This document shows positions 1 to 7,964 of a stretch of DNA of 64,000 nucleotides, piece after piece. The stretch is taken from NCBI GenBank assembly GCA_019744975.1, contig JAIETP010000018.1, positions 1,371 to 65,370 of the forward strand, in the 5' to 3' direction. Within the stretch, counting starts at the first letter, position 1; the number at the start of each line of letters is the position of its first letter. The DNA is from Burkholderiales bacterium (GTDB taxonomy: Bacteria > Pseudomonadota > Gammaproteobacteria > Burkholderiales > SG8-41). The translations under genes and the position numbers were made by a program. The notes below the pieces were generated by a model. It had not been told where the DNA came from. It did not search any database and saw nothing but the letters and a program-made list of their open reading frames with translations.

Positions 1-2
1 GT

Positions 3-320
3 TATTTTGTGCCCGAGACCTGCCACAAGTCGCATCCCGTCACCGGCACGGTGTGTATCAGCGCCGCCTGCGCGATTCCCGGCACCATTGCCGCGCAGAT
101 CGCGCCGCTGAAGCCGGCGCCGCAGGGCATGGTCAAGATCGAACATCCCTCGGGCCTGATTCTGATCGATCTCGACGCCAATTTCACGAACGGCAAACAG
201 GAGTTGCGCCGTGCCGCGCTGGTGCGCACTGCGCGGCGGATTTTTGAAGGCAGCGTGATGGTGCCGTCGCAAATCTGGGCGGGCAAGGCTGCGGCCAAGC
301 GGGTATCAGTTGCGGCCTGA
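3..320 (+). CDS. PrpF/GalD-family isomerase (methylaconitate isomerase / 4-oxalomesaconate tautomerase fold), C-terminal fragment; gene starts left of the window
   Basis: Frame is open to the window edge. The C-terminal sequence '..CHKSHPVTGTVCISAACAIPGTIAAQI..' resembles the catalytic-Cys region of PrpF-fold isomerases (recognised from memory). Confidence 0.55.
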   Translation, partial: YFVPETCHKSHPVTGTVCISAACAIPGTIAAQIAPLKPAPQGMVKIEHPSGLILIDLDANFTNGKQELRRAALVRTARRIFEGSVMVPSQIWAGKAAAKRVSVAA

Positions 321-330
321 GCAAATGACT

Positions 331-412
331 GTTCACCCTTCGACAGGCTCAGGGCGAACGGTTGGTTTTGAGTGCCGTTCGTGGTGATGCTGAGCCCTGT
401 CGAAGCATCGAA
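331..412. repeat. REP/MITE-like imperfect hairpin element ('FDRLRANG'-type repeat), copy 1
   Basis: Arm 'cccttcgacaggctcagggcgaacgg' (336-361) pairs imperfectly with 'ccgttcgtggtgatgctgagccctgtcgaag' (375-405). A related copy lies at 47131-47225. Intergenic. Confidence 0.7.
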
Positions 413-436
413 CCACCAACACGACTCAGCTGATAT

Positions 437-1711
437 ATGTCGGTAGCTATTATCGGCGGCGGTTACGCCGGCATGGCCGCGGCGGTGGAACTCGCCGCGC
501 GCGACATTCCGGTCACGGTGTTTGAAGCCGCGCCCGCACTCGGCGGCCGCGCGCGGCGCGTGACCCTCAACGACACTGCGCTCGACAACGGTCTGCATAT
601 CCTGATCGGCGCGTACTCGGAAACGCTGCGCCTGATCGAGAAGGTCGCATCGAAACGCGACCATTTCCTGCGGCTGCCGTTGACGCTGAATATTCACAAT
701 CGTTTCAGCCTGCGCGCGCCGAAGCTCCCTGCGCCACTGCATGTGGCCTGGGCACTGCTGACGGCAGAGGGCCTGAGCAGCACCGACAAACGCGCCGCCG
801 CAGGCTTCATGCAGGCGATGAAAAAACGCGGTTACCGCCTCGAACATGACTGCACAGTCGCCACCTTGCTTGCGGATAATTCGCAAGTATATGATTTAAT
901 TGAATATTTATGGTCTCCGCTGTGTGTCGCCGCGCTGAACACCCCCATGCAACGCGCTTCGGCGCAGGTCTTTCTCAATGTATTGCGTGACAGCCTCGGC
1001 GCCGGCCGCGCAGCGAGTGATCTGCTGCTGGCACGCATGGATCTCACCGCACTGTTTCCGAAACCGGCCGCGGATTATGTGCGGGCACGCGGTGGCCAGG
1101 TCGAAGCCGGCGCCACGGTTGAAGGCGTGACGCCGGATGGCAAGGGATTCAGCCTGCAAGTGCAAGGACATCAGCGGCACTTTGATCAGGTGATCTGCGC
1201 CGTCGCGCCACATCGCGCCGCCGACCTGCTCGCTGACATTCCCGCGCTCGCACCCGCGCGCCGGCAGATCGCAGCATTGCAGTACGAACCCATCCATTCC
1301 ATCTGGCTGCAGTTCGACGGCCGCCTTACCCTGCCCTCACCGATGATCGGCATCAGCGACAGTCCGGCGCAGTGGCTGTTCGACCGCGAGGCGATCTGCG
1401 GCCAGCGCGGCCTGATCGGCGCGGTGATCAGCGCATCCGGAGAACAAGTCGGTGAAACACAGGACGCGCTGGCGCAACGTGTGGTCGCCGATCTTGCAAA
1501 AAATTTCGGACCGCTGCCGCCGCTGCAATGGCATCGCGTGATCGCGGAAAAACGCGCGACCTTCAGTTGTACGCCGGACCTCGCCCGCCCTGCTGCCGTG
1601 ACCGCCTGTAAAAACTTTTTTCTCGCGGGTGATTACGTGGCCAGCGACTACCCCGCAACCATTGAGGCCGCGGTGCGCAGCGGGGTCACCGCGGCATGCC
1701 TGATTGAGTAA
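437..1711 (+). CDS. FAD-dependent amine-oxidase/phytoene-desaturase family protein, HpnE-like (hydroxysqualene dehydroxylase-like)
   Basis: N-terminal dinucleotide fold 'VAIIGGGYAGMAAAVELA..VTVFEAAPALGGRAR'. C-terminal 'FLAGDYV..YPATIEAAVRSG'. 424 aa. No hpnC/hpnD neighbours. Confidence 0.6.
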   Translation: MSVAIIGGGYAGMAAAVELAARDIPVTVFEAAPALGGRARRVTLNDTALDNGLHILIGAYSETLRLIEKVASKRDHFLRLPLTLNIHNRFSLRAPKLPAPLHVAWALLTAEGLSSTDKRAAAGFMQAMKKRGYRLEHDCTVATLLADNSQVYDLIEYLWSPLCVAALNTPMQRASAQVFLNVLRDSLGAGRAASDLLLARMDLTALFPKPAADYVRARGGQVEAGATVEGVTPDGKGFSLQVQGHQRHFDQVICAVAPHRAADLLADIPALAPARRQIAALQYEPIHSIWLQFDGRLTLPSPMIGISDSPAQWLFDREAICGQRGLIGAVISASGEQVGETQDALAQRVVADLAKNFGPLPPLQWHRVIAEKRATFSCTPDLARPAAVTACKNFFLAGDYVASDYPATIEAAVRSGVTAACLIE

Positions 1712-1754
1712 ATAGCAGTCGAACAGCTTCAGGAGCACAGCGCAAGGGGCGGCT

Positions 1755-2414
1755 TCAGTTTGTTCGATTGCAGTTCGTCATTAGTGCGCTGGTCATTCTT
1801 AAATTCACTAATGATCCTGTTTTTTTATAAATGTTGAAATCAAAAATATTCGGCCCGATATTGACCGTCGTACTCTCTCTTCCGGTTACCACTTCGCCAA
1901 AGCTGTCATGGGCAAAGCTGAAGGAAATCGAGCATGCGTAGCTGGCGACGCCTTTGTTGGTAACATAAATGAAGATCGAACTTCCAGGAGTTGAAGTGCG
2001 AAACGTTGGCATTGACGAGATGGGAGCGGGGGCGGCTTTTGATTTTGATTGGCACTTGTCAATAATAGCCGCGGCGTTATTGCAAACATTTCCCGTGTGA
2101 CATGAAACCCAATCCCCGACGGTATTACCTGAAGGGTCCACGCATTTTGTTTCCGTATCAATTTTCGGATTTACGACATAACTCCACCCCCCCTTCTTTT
2201 CCCCATATCGAATTTCGCATCTTTCGATAATGGAGTTGCCGTTGTGACATGTCCCGTCGTCCCGGCAAGACCGCCATCCTCCAACCGGGACTCCTGAAGG
2301 ATTGATGCACTGAGTCTCGTGATCTTTTTGAGGATTGACTCGATAACTCCAGCTCTGTGCGTCAACCGGAAATATCAAAACAAGAAAACCAATAAATATA
2401 AATGGGTTAATCAT
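1755..2414 (-). CDS. Secreted Cys-rich orphan protein: two tandem 46-aa four-Cys modules plus a C-terminal beta-rich domain
   Basis: ORF 1755..2489. The internal Met at 2414 gives a signal peptide 'MINPFIFIGFLVLIFPVDA|QS'. Modules 'WSYRVNPQKDHETQC..ERCE' and 'WSYVVNPKIDTETKC..DKCQ' share 23 of 46 positions by hand alignment. Lies in the low-GC islet. Confidence 0.6.
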   Translation of the reverse strand: MINPFIFIGFLVLIFPVDAQSWSYRVNPQKDHETQCINPSGVPVGGWRSCRDDGTCHNGNSIIERCEIRYGEKKGGWSYVVNPKIDTETKCVDPSGNTVGDWVSCHTGNVCNNAAAIIDKCQSKSKAAPAPISSMPTFRTSTPGSSIFIYVTNKGVASYACSISFSFAHDSFGEVVTGRESTTVNIGPNIFDFNIYKKTGSLVNLRMTSALMTNCNRTN

Positions 2415-2503
2415 TGCCCTATACATTTGCATCCCCCCGAAAAACAAGACAGCTATCAATAAAACTTTACCATTTACCGGAACATCCAAAACTTTTCAGT
2501 GAA

Positions 2504-2779
2504 TTAGCTTTCGCATTTCCCCATAGGGACAAAATGCCAGAATGCGTTACTTTGCTCCCCGATCCTTTTACATTCCTCTTCGCCGAGACCATCCCAGTCA
2601 AAGCATATCCGCTGCCCATTTCGGGTAGTAACATAACAAGCACCCGAAAAAAGGCTGGATGCGTCATTATTATTGCCCGGAGACATTTTTTCCTGTTTGA
2701 TTTTCTCAGCAACATCATTTACTAATTGCACTTCAGATTGATTGGAACTCATTTTCTGGCCTTTTTGGATTGTTGCCAT
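2504..2779 (-). CDS. Small Cys-rich orphan protein (about 82-91 aa, no signal peptide), hydrophilic N-part plus 4-Cys C-part
   Basis: Part of ORF 2504..3040. A GC hairpin at 2912-2932 interrupts the long version, so the start was moved to Met at 2779 (or 2752). C-part is 'ACYVTTRNGQRICFDWDGLGEEECKRIGEQSNAFWHFVPMGKCES'. The start is uncertain. Confidence 0.4.
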   Translation of the reverse strand: MATIQKGQKMSSNQSEVQLVNDVAEKIKQEKMSPGNNNDASSLFSGACYVTTRNGQRICFDWDGLGEEECKRIGEQSNAFWHFVPMGKCES

Positions 2780-2911
2780 TACCAAGTTAAGCTTCCATCT
2801 TTCTCGCAATCTAGTTTCATAAAATAATTTTCGATTCCCGATGCATTTTGATTTTTCTGAAAGTATTTGGTATGTATTTTCCTCATCATAAATCAATTGA
2901 GAAAAATGAAT

Positions 2912-2938
2912 CGCCCCGAGTTTTGAGGGGCGTCTTTT
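2912..2938 (+). terminator. GC hairpin with T tail (candidate intrinsic terminator) inside the low-GC islet
   Basis: 'cgcccc-gagttttga-ggggcg' followed by 'tctttt'. The reverse strand also has a delayed T run. Confidence 0.4.
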
Positions 2939-3246
2939 CGCAGCGAGATGGCCGATCACAGACTTCCAGTCCGTCATATTGACTTGTGACATTGACGCCG
3001 TCAGGCGGGAAAATCCCGTCCCGTTGATCCAAACCCCCACCCCTTTTCCAGATGAGAGATGAATTTAAAGGGAGGTAGTCCGCAGGGAACGAAGCCTCGG
3101 GGACTTGCTTCCGGAGAATCCAAAATCTCAAAGCAGCGCAGGCAGAGTCCGTAAAATGATAAGCCCTCCCCATTATGATGCGCTCCATTCGGTCTACGTA
3201 CAGACGCGGCGTTATAATCGAAGTACTTTCATCGCAGGAGTGAAAC

Positions 3247-4902
3247 GTGTCTGAACGCGAAGCCATGGAGTACGACGTCGTCATCGTCGGCGCAGGTCCC
3301 GCCGGTCTCGGCGCAGCGATCCGCATGAAGCAACTGGCGGCGGCCTTCGGCAAAAACCGTGAAGTCAGCGTCTGCGTACTGGAAAAAGGCTCCGAGGTCG
3401 GTGCGCACATTCTCTCCGGCGCGGTGATGGACCCGCGCGCACTGAATGAACTGATCCCGGACTGGAAGCAAAAAGACGCGCCGCTGAATGTCCCGGTCAG
3501 CGAAGACCGTTTCATGTTCCTCACCGAAACCGGCGCACTCAAGGTGCCCGGCGCGCTGCTGCCCGCCTGTTTCCAGAACCACGGCAACTATGTCGTCAGC
3601 CTCGCCAATGTCACGCGTTGGCTGGGCCAGCAGGCTGAAGGCCTGGGCGTGGAAATTTTCCCCGGCTTTGCCGCCGCGGAAGTGCTGTTCGATGAGAACG
3701 GTGCCGTCCGCGGTGTCGCCACCGGCGATATGGGTGTCGGGAAGGATGGGCAACCGACGGATGCGCACCAGCCGGGCATGGAGTTACACGCCAAATACAC
3801 CTTTTTCGCTGAAGGCTGCCGCGGCCACCTCGGCAAACAGCTGCAGGAAAAATTCAAGCTGCGTGAAGGCGCCGATCCGCAGGTCTATGGCATCGGTCTG
3901 AAGGAACTCTGGGAAATCAAGCCGGAGAAACACCAGCCCGGCCTGGTGATCCACACCGCCGGCTGGCCTCTGCAAAGCGACACCTACGGCGGCTCGTTTT
4001 TTTACCACCTTGAAGACAATATGGTCGCCATCGGGTTTGTCGTCGGCCTCGGTTACAGCAATCCTTATTTGAGTCCATACGAGGAATTCCAGCGTTACAA
4101 AACGCATCCGGCCATCAAGTCATTCCTCGAAGGCGGGAAACGCATCGCCTACGGTGCGCGGGCGATTTCCGCCGGCGGCCTGCAGTCACTGCCGAAACTC
4201 ATCTTCCCCGGCGGCTGCCTGATCGGCGACGATGCCGGTTTTCTCAATGCCTCGCGCATCAAGGGCAGCCATGCCGCGATCAAGTCGGGCATGCTGGCGG
4301 CGGAAGCGGCCTTCGATGCGCTGGCCGTTGAAACACCGGCGGCGGAACTGACCGCCTATCCAGAATCCTTCAAGTCGAGCTGGCTGCACGAGGAACTTTA
4401 CCGCGCGCGCAACTTCAAACCGTGGATGAGCAAAGGCCTCTACACCGGCACGCTGATGGTGGGCATCGACCAGGTGCTGTTCCGCGGCAAGGCGCCATGG
4501 ACGCTGCACCACGACCATTCGGACCACGAAACGCTGCAGCGCAAGACTGAATGTACGCCGATCGATTATCCGAAACCCGATGGCGTGATCACCTTCGACC
4601 GCATGTCTTCGGTATTCATTTCCAATACCAACCACAACGAAGACCAGCCGGTGCACCTGACGCTGAAGGACGCGTCGGTACCGGTCAATGTCAACCTCGA
4701 ACTCTATGACGCGCCGGAGCAGCGTTACTGCCCGGCCGGCGTCTACGAGATCGTGCGTGATGACAACGGGGCCAATCCACGGCTGCAGATCAACGCGCAG
4801 AACTGCGTACACTGCAAGACCTGTGACATCAAGGACCCGACGCAGAACATCGTCTGGGTCACACCTGAGGGTGGCGGCGGCCCGAATTACCCGAACATGT
4901 AA
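3247..4902 (+). CDS. Electron-transfer flavoprotein-ubiquinone oxidoreductase (ETF-QO)
   Basis: GTG start with 'aggag' RBS. '[18 protein letters not shown]' FAD fold. C-terminal 4Fe-4S region '[12 protein letters not shown]' and '[12 protein letters not shown]' tail typical of ETF-QO. Confidence 0.95.
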   Translation: MSEREAMEYDVVIVGAGPAGLGAAIRMKQLAAAFGKNREVSVCVLEKGSEVGAHILSGAVMDPRALNELIPDWKQKDAPLNVPVSEDRFMFLTETGALKVPGALLPACFQNHGNYVVSLANVTRWLGQQAEGLGVEIFPGFAAAEVLFDENGAVRGVATGDMGVGKDGQPTDAHQPGMELHAKYTFFAEGCRGHLGKQLQEKFKLREGADPQVYGIGLKELWEIKPEKHQPGLVIHTAGWPLQSDTYGGSFFYHLEDNMVAIGFVVGLGYSNPYLSPYEEFQRYKTHPAIKSFLEGGKRIAYGARAISAGGLQSLPKLIFPGGCLIGDDAGFLNASRIKGSHAAIKSGMLAAEAAFDALAVETPAAELTAYPESFKSSWLHEELYRARNFKPWMSKGLYTGTLMVGIDQVLFRGKAPWTLHHDHSDHETLQRKTECTPIDYPKPDGVITFDRMSSVFISNTNHNEDQPVHLTLKDASVPVNVNLELYDAPEQRYCPAGVYEIVRDDNGANPRLQINAQNCVHCKTCDIKDPTQNIVWVTPEGGGGPNYPNM

Positions 4903-4961
4903 CATCTCCAAGGTAAAAATGGCGACCCGCCCTTTATAATCGGCGGGCAGACAATCCATCC

Positions 4962-5801
4962 ATGATCAAACCCCCGCCTCCAGGCACACGCAAGGACGTC
5001 ACCAACGGTGATGCGGTTTACCTGCGCGCGATCACCGAAAACATCCTCGGCTGGTCGGAACCCAAGGCACGCCTGATCAAGGCACTGGCCAACGACGATT
5101 TCCTGCTGTTTGCCCAGCGCATCATGGCGCTCAAGCCAGGACTGCAGGGTCAGCCTTTCCTCGAAATCCTGCTGCGTCTGCGCGAAGAAGAAGACAACAT
5201 GCTGCCGCCCGGCGGATTTTTCCCGGTGGCGGAAGCGCTGAACATGCTGGAAGACATCGACCGCTGGGTCATGCGGCACACCATCGCCTGGTGCGCCCTG
5301 TCGGCGGAGGACGCAGATGCGCCAATGTGCTGCGTCAACCTGTCGAGCGATGCACTGCTCAATCCGGGTTTTTCCGTTTACGTACGCTCACAGCTCAAAC
5401 ACCAGCGCGTGGCCGGCAGCAGGCTGTGTTTTGAAATCACCGAACCCGACGCCATCGCCCACCCAGAGGCCGCGCTGCAGTTCATCCGTGCGCTGAAGCC
5501 GCAGGGCTGCCGCTTCACGCTGGACAATTTCGGCAGTGTGAAAGTATCCTTCGCGCACATCAAGGACCTGCCCATCGATTACCTGAAAATCGACGGCAGC
5601 ATCATCCAGAACATCATCACCAGCCCCAGCGACCTCGCGCGTGCGCGCGCGATCAGCCTGACCTGTCAGCGCCTGGGCATCCGCGCCATTGCGCAAAGCG
5701 TCGAAGGCAAGGCCGTGCTGGCCAAGCTGACTGAAATCGGTTTTGACTATGCGCAGGGCTTCGGCATCGCGCATCCCGGTCCGCTGACCAAGGCGCGCTG
5801 A
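4962..5801 (+). CDS. Stand-alone EAL-domain protein (c-di-GMP phosphodiesterase family)
   Basis: Motifs 'FLEILLRL', 'CCVNLS', 'CFEITE', 'LDNFGSV', 'YLKIDGS', 'QSVEG', 'AQGFG'. The DDFG motif reads DNFG. Confidence 0.85.
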   Translation: MIKPPPPGTRKDVTNGDAVYLRAITENILGWSEPKARLIKALANDDFLLFAQRIMALKPGLQGQPFLEILLRLREEEDNMLPPGGFFPVAEALNMLEDIDRWVMRHTIAWCALSAEDADAPMCCVNLSSDALLNPGFSVYVRSQLKHQRVAGSRLCFEITEPDAIAHPEAALQFIRALKPQGCRFTLDNFGSVKVSFAHIKDLPIDYLKIDGSIIQNIITSPSDLARARAISLTCQRLGIRAIAQSVEGKAVLAKLTEIGFDYAQGFGIAHPGPLTKAR

Positions 5802-5827
5802 GCGGCATCAACAAACTCATCAGCCCG

Positions 5828-5969
5828 GCCATGCATCAATGGCCGAAAGCCTGCTTAACAGGCCATGCATCAACGGCCGAAAGCCTGCTTATCCGCCAGG
5901 CCACGCATCAACGGCCGAAAGCCTGCTTAACAGGCCAGGCATCAATGGCCGAAAGCCCACTCATCCGCC
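5828..5969. repeat. Tandem repeat, 4 copies, period 34/37 bp
   Basis: Units 'ggcca(t/c/g)gcatcaa(t/c)ggccgaaagcctgctta..' start at 5828, 5862, 5899 and 5933. Each contains the hairpin ggccat-gcatca-atggcc. The last unit overlaps the 3' end of the CHI-like gene. Confidence 0.9.
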
Positions 5970-6557
5970 GAGCATGCCCTTCTTCAGGTCGTTGTCGGCG
6001 GGTTTGTCGCCCAGCCAGACGCGCAGCAATGCGCGGTTGAAATCTTCACCGGCGATCGTGGTTTTTACCGCGCCGTTGATGGTGATCCGCGTACCGCTGC
6101 CCGGCACGCTACCTGGAAGATAGTCGATCAGGATCACGTCGCCGCGTTTCGCAATCTTCACCGCGTCGAACACCGCACGCAGTTGTTTCACCTGCGCATC
6201 CAGCTTCGCCAGCGCGTCCACGGCATTGTTGTTTTTCAATCCGTCTTCCAGCGCATCGGCAAACTGGTCGGCAGGCACATCACGCAGCATGTGCAGTTCG
6301 ACACGTTTGGCACCGGCGTCGTTGATGACGGCGCTGGCTGAGCTGGTTTTTTTCTGCACATACAGCGCGCCGACATAAACGCGGAACATGAAGCGGGTGC
6401 GCAACCCTGCGCCGTTCAGCACCAGCTCAGTACCACCATCGGTAACACGCACGCTGTCCGGCAGTTTGACACCTTCAAACTCCGCTGCGGGCACAGCGAG
6501 GGGCAGCAGCGCCAGAATAAATATCATAAGTAATTGTTTTAATTCATATTTATTCAT
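5961..6557 (-). CDS. Chalcone-isomerase-like family periplasmic protein
   Basis: Start chosen at '[26 protein letters not shown]' (signal peptide, RBS 'aagggggg'). '[21 protein letters not shown]' is typical of bacterial CHI-like proteins. Confidence 0.75.
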   Translation of the reverse strand: MNKYELKQLLMIFILALLPLAVPAAEFEGVKLPDSVRVTDGGTELVLNGAGLRTRFMFRVYVGALYVQKKTSSASAVINDAGAKRVELHMLRDVPADQFADALEDGLKNNNAVDALAKLDAQVKQLRAVFDAVKIAKRGDVILIDYLPGSVPGSGTRITINGAVKTTIAGEDFNRALLRVWLGDKPADNDLKKGMLGG

Positions 6558-6596
6558 GACACCCCCCTTCCGTAAGACTGAGTTACATCGACTCAA

Positions 6597-7796
6597 TTAC
6601 ATCGCTTCAAATACGCCGGCAGCGCCCATACCAGTGCCGATGCACATGGTGACCATGCCGTATTTCTTTTTTGTGCGGCGAAGCCCGTGCAACAACGTCG
6701 CGACACGGATCGCACCGGTGGCCCCCAGCGGATGGCCCAGCGCAATCGCACCACCCAGCGGATTGACCTTCGCCGGATCCAGTCCGAGTTCGCGGATCAC
6801 CGCCAGCGACTGCGCGGCAAAGGCCTCGTTCAGTTCAATCCAGTCCAGCGCGTCCTGCGTCAGCCCCGTCTGCTGCAGCACTTTGGGAATCGCCTTCACC
6901 GGGCCGATGCCCATCACATCCGGCGGCACCCCCGCCACGGCATAACCGAGGAAACGGCCCAACGGTTGAAGGTTATAACGTTTCAGTGCGGCTTCACTCA
7001 TCAACACCACGGCACCGGCGCCGTCCGACATTTGCGAGCTGTTGCCCGCGGTGACGCTGCCCTTTGCAGCGAAGGCCGGTTTCAGTTTGGCCAGGCCTTC
7101 AGGAGAGGTCTCGCGGCGCGGGCCTTCATCCTCGGTAGCCTGCCGGGTTTTGACCCTGATTTCGCGCGCGGCAAGGTCGGGCAGGTGTTCATTGATGGTG
7201 TACGGACTCATTTCCGCCTTGAATTCGCCGCTGTCGATGGCACGCAATGCACGGCGATGGCTTTCCGCGGCGAACAGGTCCTGATCCTCGCGGCTGACTT
7301 TCCAGCGCTCGGCGACGCGTTCTGCGGTGATGCCCATGCCATAAGCAATCGCAAAATTTGCGTCTTTCTCGAATATCGCCGGACTGAAGGTCGGCTTGTT
7401 GCCGCCCATCGGCACCATGCTCATGCTTTCGGTGCCGGCGGCGATCATCACGTCGGCTTCGCCCAGGCGGATCCGCGCCGCGGCATCAGCCACGGCCTGT
7501 ACGCCGGAGGAACAGAAACGGTTGATGGTCAGGCCCGGCACGGTATCGGGGAATCCGGCGAGCAACAGGCTGATGCGCGCCACATTCATGCCCTGCTCGC
7601 CCTCGGGCATCGCGCAACCGGTGATCACATCGCCGATTTCGTTGAGGTCCAGCCCCGGACATTGCGCCACCGCGCTTTTCAGCACATGCGCCAGCAGGTC
7701 ATCGGGCCGCGTGTTTTTGTACATGCCGCGCGGCGCCTTGCCCACCGCGGAACGGGTGGCGGCGACGATGTAGGCGTCTTGTACTTGCTTTGCCAT
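6597..7796 (-). CDS. fadA: Acetyl-CoA C-acyltransferase (3-ketoacyl-CoA thiolase)
   Basis: '[12 protein letters not shown]' active-site Cys region. 'NEAFAAQ' and '[14 protein letters not shown]', 'CIGTGMG' C-terminal thiolase signatures. Start MAKQVQDAY with RBS. Confidence 0.95.
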   Translation of the reverse strand: MAKQVQDAYIVAATRSAVGKAPRGMYKNTRPDDLLAHVLKSAVAQCPGLDLNEIGDVITGCAMPEGEQGMNVARISLLLAGFPDTVPGLTINRFCSSGVQAVADAAARIRLGEADVMIAAGTESMSMVPMGGNKPTFSPAIFEKDANFAIAYGMGITAERVAERWKVSREDQDLFAAESHRRALRAIDSGEFKAEMSPYTINEHLPDLAAREIRVKTRQATEDEGPRRETSPEGLAKLKPAFAAKGSVTAGNSSQMSDGAGAVVLMSEAALKRYNLQPLGRFLGYAVAGVPPDVMGIGPVKAIPKVLQQTGLTQDALDWIELNEAFAAQSLAVIRELGLDPAKVNPLGGAIALGHPLGATGAIRVATLLHGLRRTKKKYGMVTMCIGTGMGAAGVFEAM

Positions 7797-7808
7797 GGAT
7801 AACCTCAC

Positions 7809-7964
7809 TTTACAATCGGTGAAAAGTGAACGGGTGAACGAGTGAGCCCCCTCTCCCCAACCCTCTCCCCCGGTGACGGGGGAGAGGGAGAATTTCGGGG
7901 TTACCCGTTCACCCGTTCACTTTTCACCCGTTCACGCCTCATACCAGATTCACCCGTTCACTAG
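7809..7964. repeat. Composite nested inverted-repeat element (octamer arms plus GC hairpin), copy 1, filling the gap between the fadB-like gene and fadA
   Basis: Left arm 'gtgaaaagtgaacgggtgaacgagtga' (7819-7845) is the reverse complement of 7903-7929 with 1 mismatch. Inner hairpin ccctctccccc (7861-7871) pairs with gggggagaggg (7878-7888). An extra 'cacccgttcac' lies at 7951-7961. Confidence 0.9.

Noticed and set aside
2414-2725. Plus-strand 103-aa ORF in the low-GC islet that might explain the plus-strand terminator.
   Set aside because: It overlaps both better-looking minus-strand ORFs. Its sequence is Phe/Leu/Ile-rich and of odd composition, with no RBS.
2950-3246. Possible structured RNA or riboswitch in the 300-bp region upstream of ETF-QO (a GGGAGG..CCCTCCC long-range complement and a gaagc/gcttc hairpin).
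   Set aside because: I could not match it to any riboswitch or sRNA consensus that I know. The pairings are short and could arise by chance. It is left unannotated pending an Rfam/cmscan search.
5828-5969. Possible CRISPR array. The same question was asked for the tandem arrays at 28577-28675, 30682-30785 and 35868-35961.
   Set aside because: The units are contiguous, or separated by 14 nt or less. There are no unique 30-40-nt spacers, only 2.5-4 copies, and no cas genes in the window.
5831-6123. ORFs 5831-6040 and 5839-6123, which read through the 34/37-bp repeats.
   Set aside because: The repetitive translations derive from the tandem array. They overlap the well-supported CHI-like gene on the opposite strand.
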